A stretch of DNA of 34,074 nucleotides. Origin: Dehalococcoidia bacterium. GTDB taxonomy: Bacteria; Chloroflexota; Dehalococcoidia; DSTF01; RBG-16-68-14. Positions 22,182-30,751 of the stretch are shown piece by piece; position 1 is the stretch's first letter; every line of letters begins with the position of its first letter. A program made the position numbers and the translations under genes. The stretch covers positions 1-34,074 of the forward strand of contig JBBEBM010000028.1 of the NCBI GenBank assembly GCA_040882355.1, read 5' to 3'. The notes under the pieces are model-generated. The model saw nothing but the letters and a program-made list of their open reading frames with translations, was not told the DNA's origin and searched no databases.

Positions 22182-24008
22182 CTAGTGGTGCTGTCGGAGG
22201 TAGGCCACCGTCTCCATCATCACCCGACAGTCCACCTCGTTGTAGCGCGCGATCTCCTGCATGAGGTCCAGTCTGGCCATCGGGACGCCGCGGCGGGCCG
22301 CCTCGCCCTGGCACCACCAGGCGCCGATCATCGCGCCCAGGCCGTCCGTTGGGCCGTCGCCCCAGGTCGTTTCGATGAGACCGTGGCTGTGCAGCGCCTT
22401 CGCCACGGCCTTCAGGCCGAAGGCCAGCGCCCCGCGGATCACGACCGGCTCTTCGCGCATCACCTTCCTCAAGAAATCGAACCAGCGCAGGACTGGCCAG
22501 TTCTTCTCCGGGTGTCGCTTCCTGGCGGCGTTGTATGCAGTCTCGAAGTTCGTGACCTCCGCAGGCGACCAGTGGATGAGGCGAGGTTCGTCCCCGTCGG
22601 CGGCTAGACGTGATCGAGTGGCCGCCATATGCTCGACCCAGGCGTCGATCATCTGCGCCTCCTCGGGCTCGGTGAGCGCATCTACCAGGAAGGATTCGAA
22701 GCGCCACTGACCCTCTTCGACGTGACCGCAGCCGATCATGAAGATGAGCGTCTGCCCGCCCTTCTCCGGAATGCGCGAGAAGTCATCGGCAAGGTCGCTC
22801 ACGGTCTCGAAGTCGACGTAGAACTCCAGCGGGGGCGGTTCTCGCCACTCGTCTTCGGCTGTACTGATCCTGGATGGGCGAACGACCGGCCCGTCGCTGC
22901 TGCGGTTGACCGCTAGGATTGCGTCGAGCACTTGCGAGCGGGTTTCGCCGGTCACGCCAACGATTTCGGGGGTCAGGCGCGGGTCTTTCCACCTGTAGAC
23001 ACCGGCTTCGTGGCCCTTCTGGCGGCCTGGCGCGGCCACCTGCCAGAGCAGAGATGGCTCGTCGAGCTGCTCTGCGATCGACCTCTTGGCGCTGTGCCAG
23101 GGGCTATCCTGGTCATGACTCATATTCGGATAGAGCTCGGGCAGGGAGGGCGTGGGGAGCACGCTCCAGGTCGACCCCTCAGCCCGAACGCGGCGCATCC
23201 ACTCGATAGCTTCAGACGCCGCCTCCGCAATCGGGCGCTTCTTGGCCAGCGTGCCGGCCTGCGGCACAGGAGCCAGGCAATCCATGCAGCTTGAACCGCG
23301 ATCTTCACGCTGCGTCCAGCCACGGCCGAGGAGAAACGACTCGGGCGGCTCGTACCCCTGTAGACGTCCCAGCGCCCGGTTGTAGACAAAGACCTGGATC
23401 TTGTACGCAGCCGCCGAGCCGGAGTTGTCGAGGGTCCCGTTCACGAGCAGGTTGAGGGTGCTGAACTTGATGTCAACGACGCGATAGTGCCACGGCCCGC
23501 CGAGGCCGAGCGCCGCCATGCACGAGTCGCTGGCATCGATCGCGGTGGGGAACAGCATGTGCAGCACGTCGCTGCGGACGAGCAGGTCGGGAGCGCCGAA
23601 CGTCCGGTGCTGGGGGTCGCGAAGGACGCCCTGGTGGATCACCGGCACGCCTGCGCGCATGGCGGCGAACGTCTCCTCGCCCTTCGCCAGATCCCGCACG
23701 TCCTCGGGGCCAGACGCGATCGCACGCACCTCGGCCAGCGTGCGCAGGTGCCCGACGACCGCATCTTCGAAGAGGCGACCCTGCTCGAAGATGAACGCGG
23801 TGAAGTCGGTGCGAGGGTCGTAGGTGGAGAGCGTTGTGTCACGCTCGAATCCGTGGCTGTCGCCGTACAGCTCCAGCCAGTCCAAAATCGGATCGCTGAG
23901 AGTGTGGTTCCGCGTACGCGAGGCGCTAACCCAGTCGTTCCAGTCCTCGGGGCTCGTCGGAACGACCTCGCGGCCCAGGTCGTCGTGCGTAAGCGCCTCT
24001 ATGCCCAT
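22182..24008 (-). CDS. TM0106-like RecB-family nuclease with C-terminal RNase H-like domain (start likely MGIEAL)
   Basis: GAPDLL...VVDIK (PD-(D/E)xK), YVDFET, FGLKAVAK, YNEVDC; RBS ggag before ATG 24008. Confidence 0.8.
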   Translation of the reverse strand: MGIEALTHDDLGREVVPTSPEDWNDWVSASRTRNHTLSDPILDWLELYGDSHGFERDTTLSTYDPRTDFTAFIFEQGRLFEDAVVGHLRTLAEVRAIASGPEDVRDLAKGEETFAAMRAGVPVIHQGVLRDPQHRTFGAPDLLVRSDVLHMLFPTAIDASDSCMAALGLGGPWHYRVVDIKFSTLNLLVNGTLDNSGSAAAYKIQVFVYNRALGRLQGYEPPESFLLGRGWTQREDRGSSCMDCLAPVPQAGTLAKKRPIAEAASEAIEWMRRVRAEGSTWSVLPTPSLPELYPNMSHDQDSPWHSAKRSIAEQLDEPSLLWQVAAPGRQKGHEAGVYRWKDPRLTPEIVGVTGETRSQVLDAILAVNRSSDGPVVRPSRISTAEDEWREPPPLEFYVDFETVSDLADDFSRIPEKGGQTLIFMIGCGHVEEGQWRFESFLVDALTEPEEAQMIDAWVEHMAATRSRLAADGDEPRLIHWSPAEVTNFETAYNAARKRHPEKNWPVLRWFDFLRKVMREEPVVIRGALAFGLKAVAKALHSHGLIETTWGDGPTDGLGAMIGAWWCQGEAARRGVPMARLDLMQEIARYNEVDCRVMMETVAYLRQHH

Positions 24009-24232
24009 TATCTGTGCTCTCCGCGCGTCTGATTGTCGGGCGGTGCAGATGGTCTGAGACGCCTCGCCCGGGTTGTGGCCGCGCACATGGCGAGATGATA
24101 GCAGATCGCGAGCAGGGCCGCTTCCCTTGGCCGGGGCGACGAAGGCGGAGCGTGTGATAGAATTGCCAGCGCGAAGCAGGGCGCCTGCAATCGTACTCGC
24201 CTCAGGCGGTGCCCCAAGTCAGGAGCGAGCTG

Positions 24233-25165
24233 ATGGAACCAATTGACCACACGAAGATCGAGGCTCTTTGGTTGAGCAAGGTCGAAGCTGCGAACGACTC
24301 CCCAACGGGGTTCGCAGCGCCTGCAGAGCTGGCGCTCATTCTATATCCACTTCTCGACTGGGTCTGGTACCGATACGGTGCCAGTCTGGCAACAGGACTG
24401 GTTGACGCGTACGTTGAACGTACGCCCGCGCGTTCCCAATATCCTGAAGAACTTCGTCTTGAACTCGAGACCCTGCTGCGGCGGAGGCTAAACCAGCTCG
24501 CCCTCGTGCCGGATGAAGTGCGGAAAGCCCTTCAGCGGACTCTGCCTAAGCTCTCCGACGCGGCCAGGACAAACTCGAGCGATCCCGGCGAACTCTCCGT
24601 CCTGCTGCTTCGCGTCGTTCAGGAAACGGCCGACGAGATCAACGAAGAGCTTCCACCAGATGGCGATTACCCGGGCGAGGTATTCATGGTGTCGTTTATG
24701 AGGCAGGCTTGGGAGGGAAGCCTGCATGCAGCCATGAGCTGGCACCCTGAGCGAGAGCGACTCGTATCAGAGTTGATGCAGAATGCGGAGGACCGCGGCC
24801 TCTTTCAGATGGTGGAGGATGTGGAATTGGCTGCCCAGCGTGCTGCTGACGACTCCAGGGACATGATCGACGAGCAGGCTGGGAGCGACCTCGCGGCACG
24901 GTTGTCCACGATCAATAGCTGGTGCGACTACCTGACGCGCGAATTCGACGGGTTTGTGTCAGCCAGCGAGCGCGGTGAGCAAGCCCCTCCGAACCCGGTC
25001 GCCATCGAGCGCATGCGGCGCATGCTGTGGGAGTGGGCAGTCTCGGAGTACTTGTCGCAGAAAACAAGAAGCTGGTCGCCAGAGGACATACGTAACGGCG
25101 TCCTCAAGATAATCGAAGTGCACGAGGCGCGCGGCTTTAACACCGGTCAAGCGCCACTGCGCTGA
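24233..25165 (+). CDS. Orphan helical hypothetical protein with atypical codon usage
   Basis: 310-codon ORF, RBS aggag, extended -10 TGaTAGAAT at 24155-24163. Confidence 0.72.
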   Translation: MEPIDHTKIEALWLSKVEAANDSPTGFAAPAELALILYPLLDWVWYRYGASLATGLVDAYVERTPARSQYPEELRLELETLLRRRLNQLALVPDEVRKALQRTLPKLSDAARTNSSDPGELSVLLLRVVQETADEINEELPPDGDYPGEVFMVSFMRQAWEGSLHAAMSWHPERERLVSELMQNAEDRGLFQMVEDVELAAQRAADDSRDMIDEQAGSDLAARLSTINSWCDYLTREFDGFVSASERGEQAPPNPVAIERMRRMLWEWAVSEYLSQKTRSWSPEDIRNGVLKIIEVHEARGFNTGQAPLR

Positions 25166-25231
25166 CGCCTAGTGGCATACAAGTTAGCCCACTGAAGCAA
25201 CCGACCCCGAATGCGGCTTCAAAGGTCAGCC

Positions 25232-28200
25232 TCATTCCTTGAGGGCCACGACGACGCCCAGCGTGACGCGGTGCCCGTCCACCGTCTGCTCTGCCCGGTG
25301 CGCGTCGGGCGGCGGCTCGCCTTCGACGAGGGAGGTGGAGAGCGTTTCGCCCTGGACGTAGGCGGCGTGTGTGGCGAGGACGCGCCGGAGAGCCTGCCCT
25401 GAGCTCGTCGAAGGGTCGTCGCCCTGCCAGTAGGTGGTGATCCGGTCCGAGATGTCGAAGCCGGCGTCGCGGCGCAGGTTCTGAATGCGATGCACCAGCT
25501 CGCGCGCCAGGCCCTCGTCGAGCAGCTCCGGCGGCACCTCGGTGTCGACGACGACGATGTAGCCCGCCTCTTGGGCAGATGCGAAGCCTTCGCGCTCGAC
25601 GGTCGTCACCAGGAGCTCGTCGGGCTCGAGCCGGTGCCCGGCGACCTCGACGCCGTGGCCCTCGGCGATTGCCGCCGCGACGGCCATCGGGTCGTGCGCG
25701 GCGAGCGCCTGACGGATCTCGGCGACGGCGGGGCCGTACTTGGGCCCAAGGGCGGGCAGATTGGGGCGCACTTCGTAGCGGAGGAAGTCCGACTCGTTGT
25801 GGATCGGTACCAGCTCCCGCACGTTCAGCTCGTCGACGAGCTGCGGGCCGAGCCGCGCGAGCGCGTCCTCTTCCACCTTCGCGCGCACCTTGACGAAGAC
25901 GCGCGGGAGCGGCTGGCGCACCTTGATCTGCGCCTTGCTCCGCGCAGAACGACCCAGCGACGCGAGGCGCATCACGAGGCGTACCTCGTCGCTCAGCTCT
26001 CGGTTGATCAGCGACGCGTCCGCCTGCGGCCAGTCGCTGAGGTGGACGGATGGCGGTTCGGTGCTATCCGATGAACGCACCAGGTTCTGGTACAGCTCCT
26101 CCGCGAGGAAGGGCATGAACGGCGCGAGCAGCCTCGCCAGCGTCACGAGCGTCTCGTGCAGCGTCTCGTAGGCCGAGCGCTTGTCGTCGTCGTCCTCCGA
26201 CTTCCAGAAACGCCGCCGGCTCCGCCGCACGTACCAGTTCGAGAGGTCTTCGACGAACGACTCGACGCGGCGGCACGGCGCCATCGTGTCGTAGTCGTCC
26301 AGCGACGCCGTGACGTCCGCGACGAGCTGGTGTAGCTCGGAGAGCAGCCACCTGTCTAGCTCGTGCTCTGCGCCCCCTGTGGTGTTGGGTGTGGTCGTGG
26401 GGGCCCACCCGTCGATGTTCGCGTAGGTGACGAAGAAGGCGTAGGTGTTCCAGAGCGTGAGCACGAAGCTGCGCCGCAGCTCGTCGCCCGAACCCCAGCC
26501 GAAGTTGACGTTGCTCGCCGGGTTGTGGCGCAGGAAGAGCCAGCGCATCACATCGACGCCCATCTTCTCGGCCGCGTCGTCGAACCAGATCGCGTTGCCC
26601 TTGCTCTTGTGCATCTCCTCGCCGGCCTCGTCGCGCACTAGGGCGTGGCCGAGCACTGCGCGGAACGGCTCGCGGCTCTCGAGGACGGTGCTCATGGCGA
26701 GCAGGGCGTAGAACCAGTTGCGGAACTGCCCCGGGAAGCTCTCGGTGATGAAGTCGGCGGGGAACCACTGCTCCCAGTAGGAGCGGTCGCTGTCGTACTT
26801 CAGCGTGGAGAATGGCACGATGCCCGCGTCGAGCCAGGGGTTGCCGACGTCCGCGATCCGCGAGACGGCCTCCCCGCACTCGGGGCAGCGCACCTTCACC
26901 GCGTCGACCCACGGCCGGTGCGGCGAGTGGCCGTCGTATTGCTCCCAGCCCTCGACCGCCTTCTCGCGCAGCTCGTCGCGGCCGCCGATCACTTCGACGT
27001 GGCCGCAGGCGCAGGGGTAGATCGGCAGGGCGAGGCCGTAGTAGCGCTTCTTCGAGATCATCCAGTCCGACATGTTGCGCAGCCAGTCCAGCTCGCGCTC
27101 CAGCCCGAAGTCCGGGATCCAGCGGATCTTGCGCGTGACGTCCATCATCTGCTCGCGCAGCGGCTTGCCGGCCTCGTCGTGGCCGTCCATGTTGATGAAC
27201 CACTCGTCCACCAGGCGGAAGACCAGCTCGCTGCCGCATCGCCAGCAGACCGGGTAGCGGTGCGAGTAGTCCTCGACGCGCACGAGCAGCCCCTTCGCGT
27301 GCAGCGAGTCGAACACCGCCTGCGGCACGTCGCCGGCGAAGCGACCTACCAGGAAGCCGAAGCCCTCCTGGTAGACGCCGAAGTCATCGATCGGCGCGAT
27401 GACAGCGAGGTCGAACTGCTTGCTGAGCGCGAAGTCTTCCTGGCCGCAGCCCGGGGCGATGTGGACGATGCCGGTGCCTTCGGTCTCGCTCACCTGGTCC
27501 CACTCGATGACGGGGTGGACCACGCCCTCCTGGGCGGGCAGCTCGTCGAAGGGGCTGCGATAGGTCAGCCCGACGAGCTCCCGGCCCGGTAGCTCCGCCT
27601 CGACTGAGTGCTCGCCGCGCAGGGCGCCCAACGCGCCCTTCGCCAGATAGAAGATGTCGCCGTCCTGACGGACGCGCACGTAGGTGAGGTCGGGGTGCAC
27701 CGCCGCCGCGACGTTCGCCGCGAGGGTCCAGGGCGTCGTCGTCCAGACCAGCAGCGACTCGCCGGGGCGTTCGTTCAGCGGCAGTTTCAGGTAGACGCTG
27801 GCGTGTGTCAGCTCCTGGTAGCCCTCGGTGACGATCTCCATGTTGGAGAGGCCGGTAGCGCAGCGCGGGCACCAGGGCATCACGTCGTGGCCTTTGTAGA
27901 GCCAGCCCCGCTCGTGGCAGACCTTGAGGAAGTGCCAGATCGCGTAGTTGTTCTCGTCCGAGTTCGTGTAGTAGGAGTCGTCCCAGTCCATCCAGTAGCC
28001 AAGGCGGACCGACTGCTCGGTGATGCGGTCGGCGAAGCGCTGCACGCGCTCCTTGCACGCCTCGACGAAGCGGTCGACGCCGTACGCCTCGATGTCGTGC
28101 TTCGACGTGAAGCCCAACTCACGCTCCACCTCGACCTCGATCCAGAGGCCCTGGCAGTCGTAGCCGTTCTGGTAGCGCTGCCGGAAGCCCTGCATGGTCT

Positions 28201-28417
28201 TGTGGCGCTGGAAGGCGTCCTTGTATGCGCGACCCCAGGCGTGGTGGACGCCCATCGGGTTGTTTGCCGTGATCGGCCCATCGACGAACGACCATTGCCG
28301 CTCCGACGCCTGGTTGCGCTGCAGGTACTGCTCGACGATGCCTTGCTCCTGCCACCAGCGCAGCGTCTCGCGCTCTAGGGCAGGAAAGTCGGGCTTCGGG
28401 TCGACTGGCTTGAACAC
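25232..28417 (-). CDS. ileS: Isoleucyl-tRNA synthetase, type 2-like
   Basis: DGPITAN.PMGVHH, WTTTPWTL, GTGIVHIAPG, DWMISKKRY, EMHKSKGN, LSNWYVRRSRRRFW; Ile T-box upstream. Confidence 0.98.
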   Translation of the reverse strand: MFKPVDPKPDFPALERETLRWWQEQGIVEQYLQRNQASERQWSFVDGPITANNPMGVHHAWGRAYKDAFQRHKTMQGFRQRYQNGYDCQGLWIEVEVERELGFTSKHDIEAYGVDRFVEACKERVQRFADRITEQSVRLGYWMDWDDSYYTNSDENNYAIWHFLKVCHERGWLYKGHDVMPWCPRCATGLSNMEIVTEGYQELTHASVYLKLPLNERPGESLLVWTTTPWTLAANVAAAVHPDLTYVRVRQDGDIFYLAKGALGALRGEHSVEAELPGRELVGLTYRSPFDELPAQEGVVHPVIEWDQVSETEGTGIVHIAPGCGQEDFALSKQFDLAVIAPIDDFGVYQEGFGFLVGRFAGDVPQAVFDSLHAKGLLVRVEDYSHRYPVCWRCGSELVFRLVDEWFINMDGHDEAGKPLREQMMDVTRKIRWIPDFGLERELDWLRNMSDWMISKKRYYGLALPIYPCACGHVEVIGGRDELREKAVEGWEQYDGHSPHRPWVDAVKVRCPECGEAVSRIADVGNPWLDAGIVPFSTLKYDSDRSYWEQWFPADFITESFPGQFRNWFYALLAMSTVLESREPFRAVLGHALVRDEAGEEMHKSKGNAIWFDDAAEKMGVDVMRWLFLRHNPASNVNFGWGSGDELRRSFVLTLWNTYAFFVTYANIDGWAPTTTPNTTGGAEHELDRWLLSELHQLVADVTASLDDYDTMAPCRRVESFVEDLSNWYVRRSRRRFWKSEDDDDKRSAYETLHETLVTLARLLAPFMPFLAEELYQNLVRSSDSTEPPSVHLSDWPQADASLINRELSDEVRLVMRLASLGRSARSKAQIKVRQPLPRVFVKVRAKVEEDALARLGPQLVDELNVRELVPIHNESDFLRYEVRPNLPALGPKYGPAVAEIRQALAAHDPMAVAAAIAEGHGVEVAGHRLEPDELLVTTVEREGFASAQEAGYIVVVDTEVPPELLDEGLARELVHRIQNLRRDAGFDISDRITTYWQGDDPSTSSGQALRRVLATHAAYVQGETLSTSLVEGEPPPDAHRAEQTVDGHRVTLGVVVALKE
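25392..25415. repeat. REP-like palindrome inserted in frame in ileS
   Basis: Minus strand cccttcgacgagctcagggcaggc, read as PSTSSGQA. Confidence 0.75.
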
Positions 28418-28424
28418 GGCTCTC

Positions 28425-29066
28425 CTAGCTCGGCACCTTGCCGGACACGATGTAGGCGTTACTCACGAAGATCGCTTCGTCACGCACATCGGTGAGCAGC
28501 GTTCGGCACTCAGCCGGGATGTCGCGGTTCAGGTCGGCGGCCACAATGCGGCTCAGCATGCGGTAGTACGGGTTCCAGATGCTCCGCAGGCCGGTACCGT
28601 AGCGGCCGTCGAAGGTGACGACGCGTCCTCCGGCGCGGGTGGCGGCTACCATCCGTTCGAGCGCACCCCGCCAATCGGGGATAACCGTGAGTGCCAGCGT
28701 TTCCAGGGCGCTGTCGAACTCCTTCTCGAATGTCATCTTTGCGGCATCCATCTCGACGAGTTCGATGTTCTTCCAGCCCTTTCGTTGTACGATCCGCTCA
28801 GCGCCCTCGAGCATCGTTTCCGAAAGGTCCACGCCGACGATTCGCCCGTCGGGCCCCACGGCGCGAACGAGGTACCCGAAGTTCGCGCCGCGCCCGCAGC
28901 CGACGTCAAGCACGGCGTCGCCGGAACGCAGCTCCAGCCGCGCGACAGCGCGACGGCGGATGATCGGCTCCCAGCCCTGGAAGCTCGAAAACAACAGCGC
29001 GTTATACACCCACCGCCGCCCAATGCGACGGTACGTTGTCTCAACACGCTGTCTGCCCGAGCTCAC
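28425..29066 (-). CDS. Class I SAM-dependent methyltransferase (UbiE/PmtA-like)
   Basis: VLDVGCGRG, VGVDLSETML, EMDA; GTG 29066 with ggag RBS just after T-box terminator. Confidence 0.9.
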   Translation of the reverse strand: MSSGRQRVETTYRRIGRRWVYNALLFSSFQGWEPIIRRRAVARLELRSGDAVLDVGCGRGANFGYLVRAVGPDGRIVGVDLSETMLEGAERIVQRKGWKNIELVEMDAAKMTFEKEFDSALETLALTVIPDWRGALERMVAATRAGGRVVTFDGRYGTGLRSIWNPYYRMLSRIVAADLNRDIPAECRTLLTDVRDEAIFVSNAYIVSGKVPS

Positions 29067-29078
29067 GATAACGTCTCC

Positions 29079-29113
29079 AAGACAAAGGCCCGTCCCTCGA
29101 TAGGGACGGGCCT
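29079..29113 (-). terminator. T-box terminator
   Basis: aggcccgtccct-atcg-agggacgggcct-ttgtctt. Confidence 0.9.
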
Positions 29114-29350
29114 GCATACCCGCGGTACCACCCTCGTTGCCCGGCGACGCGCCGGACCGCTCACAGTCCGCCTTGGCGGACGCGCCTCGATAACGGGGGC
29201 CTCCGGCCGAGCCTACTGGGTTCGCCTCCGGCGGACCGTTCGGTCGGCGGCTCGAGAGGGATCTTCGGGCCGGCGATGCCGCGCCCGCTCTCACCATGTC
29301 GGGCTCGCTAAGCGGATCGGGACCGGCCTACTCGTCTCCGTCGTAGCCTT
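29079..29350 (-). ncRNA. T-box riboswitch, Ile (AUC) specifier
   Basis: AGUA, AGCGAG and GGUGAGAG loops, gaagAUC specifier (29260-29262), ccguua, T-box aacgagggUGGuACCgcg (29121-29138); TACACT -10 at 29357-29362. Confidence 0.95.
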
Positions 29351-29491
29351 TCGTGCAGTGTAGGGCACGGCCGCTTCGGAAGACAACCGTGCGTCTTGGC
29401 GCCACCAGAGACTCGCTGTGGCGGGAAAGCCGCAGCTTCTGCCCAAGCTGCGCGTTTCAACGCGCAGAATATGCACCCACAATCCCCACGG

Positions 29492-29556
29492 GTCGGGCTT
29501 CTCCAGCGCAGGCGGATCCGCCTCGCGGAAGCCCGACAGGCTAAAGCCTGTCCCAC
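29492..29556. repeat. REP element plus adjoining hairpin
   Basis: Minus strand gtgggacaggctttagcctgtc (29535-29556); gtcgggctt...aagcccgac enclosing aggcggatccgcct. Confidence 0.75.
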
Positions 29557-29565
29557 ATTGGCGGG

Positions 29566-29871
29566 TCACCACGCCTGCGTCCGCTCAGTGAACGACGCCC
29601 GGATGCGCGCCGCCTGCTCGGGCGACAGCAACGCGTCCAGCGTGCGCAGGCGGTCGTCCAGGTACGACAGCGCGCTTTCCGGATCAAGCACGTCGTCGCT
29701 GGCGGCGGCCTCCTCAATGAGGCCGCGCGTGATGTCGTCGAGCCGCTCGTCGATCAGCCCGCGTAGAGTGCCGTCGTCGGGCTCGGCGGTCTGGGGCGGG
29801 CCGAAGCGCCCGGTGAAGGCGTCGATGCCGATCAGGCGGGCGATCTGGAGGACGTGCTCTCGCTGCGGCAT
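29566..29871 (-). CDS. Hypothetical acidic protein (start MPQREH)
   Basis: Typical codon usage; TATCAT 9 nt before ATG. Confidence 0.72.
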   Translation of the reverse strand: MPQREHVLQIARLIGIDAFTGRFGPPQTAEPDDGTLRGLIDERLDDITRGLIEEAAASDDVLDPESALSYLDDRLRTLDALLSPEQAARIRASFTERTQAW

Positions 29872-29909
29872 TACAGGCCGATGATACACGAGCCGCTCGC
29901 GAGATGCGA

Positions 29910-29936
29910 CGAGGCCGCTCGTTGAGAGCGGCCTCG
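29910..29936 (-). terminator. Hairpin downstream of zinc-ribbon gene
   Basis: cgaggccgctc-gttga-gagcggcctcg; no U tract. Confidence 0.55.
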
Positions 29937-29961
29937 CGATGCATGGCTTGCTGGTGCGCCG

Positions 29962-30321
29962 TTACGATTCCCGCATCGGGCTGGGCGTGCTGCCCTTGAT
30001 CTTGTTGTAGCAAGAGCTGCAGTAGACGGGCCGGTCGCCGCGGGGCTGGAAGGGCACCTCGGTCATCATGCCGCACTCGGCGCAGGCGGCCGGGTGCATT
30101 TGACGGGGTGTCCTGCCGCCGAAGCTGGCGAAGACGCCGTAGCGGACGTAGCCCTCCTCCGGCTCATTCAGCCGGGTCGTCTTGCGGGTGGAGCGGCAGG
30201 GTGGGCAACGCACGGGCTCGTTCTGGAGGCCCTTGGTGGCGTAGAACTCTTGCTCGCCGGCGGTGAAGATGAAGTGATTGCCGCAGTCCCTGCAGGTCAA
30301 CTGCTTGTCAACAAAACTCAC
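29962..30321 (-). CDS. Zinc-ribbon / CxxC-x17-CxxC domain protein
   Basis: LTCRDCG..F.FTAGEQEFY..KGL.NEP.RCPPC; CAECG...VPFQPRGDRPVYCSSC; GTG with aaggaa RBS. Confidence 0.95.
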   Translation of the reverse strand: MSFVDKQLTCRDCGNHFIFTAGEQEFYATKGLQNEPVRCPPCRSTRKTTRLNEPEEGYVRYGVFASFGGRTPRQMHPAACAECGMMTEVPFQPRGDRPVYCSSCYNKIKGSTPSPMRES

Positions 30322-30344
30322 GTGAGGTTCCTTTCCTTGCGAAC

Positions 30345-30373
30345 ATAAGAAAAACGGCCCTCTGGCAGGCCGC
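30345..30373 (-). terminator. Terminator-like hairpin in zinc-ribbon gene 5' leader
   Basis: gcggcc-tgccagag-ggccgt-ttttcttat. Confidence 0.6.
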
Positions 30374-30399
30374 TCCTCCGTCCCGACCAAGTCTCCTTA

Positions 30400-30429
30400 A
30401 GTATACGGAACCCGAGTTTTGGCTGGCAA
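30400..30429 (-). promoter_or_regulatory. sigma70-type promoter of zinc-ribbon gene
   Basis: TTGCCA-18 bp-TATACT. Confidence 0.78.
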
Positions 30430-30441
30430 GGAGCTTGCGTC

Positions 30442-30470
30442 TTGACAAGCTAGGCAGTCGTGAGTAGCAT
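30442..30470 (+). promoter_or_regulatory. sigma70-type promoter of YtxH-like / c-di-AMP receptor genes
   Basis: TTGACA-17 bp-TAGCAT, back to back with the minus-strand promoter. Confidence 0.78.
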
Positions 30471-30557
30471 CAGGTCGATAGGGAAGGCCGGGCGCCCGTC
30501 CGGCCGAGCGGGGTGCGAGGGTCTGATTTGGCGCACTCCTACGCACGGAGGTGAGTG

Positions 30558-30710
30558 ATGAAGCTCCGGTTCATTCTTGGTCTGCTCATCGGCATGATGC
30601 TCGGCGCGTCAGTCGGGCTGGCGCTGGTGCCCCATCCGGGCATCGTGACGCGGCAGCGGCTCTGGGAGCGGGGCAAGGCGCGAATCCGACAGCAGGGCGC
30701 CCATCGTTAG
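30558..30710 (+). CDS. YtxH-like small membrane protein (50 aa, not in ORF track)
   Basis: MKLRFILGLLIGMMLGASVGLALVPHPGIVTRQRLWERGKARIRQQGAHR*; RBS ggaggt. Confidence 0.85.
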   Translation: MKLRFILGLLIGMMLGASVGLALVPHPGIVTRQRLWERGKARIRQQGAHR

Positions 30711-30751
30711 CTGCGATACCCGCCTCACCGGGTAGGAGCGCGCGTCCTCCT

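Noticed and set aside
25166..25231. tRNA or attachment site bounding the accessory genes downstream of ileS
   Set aside because: No cloverleaf, integrase or flanking direct repeats seen
29067..29297. N-terminal extension of the 290-aa methyltransferase ORF
   Set aside because: Overlaps the T-box RNA and terminator; real start is GTG 29066
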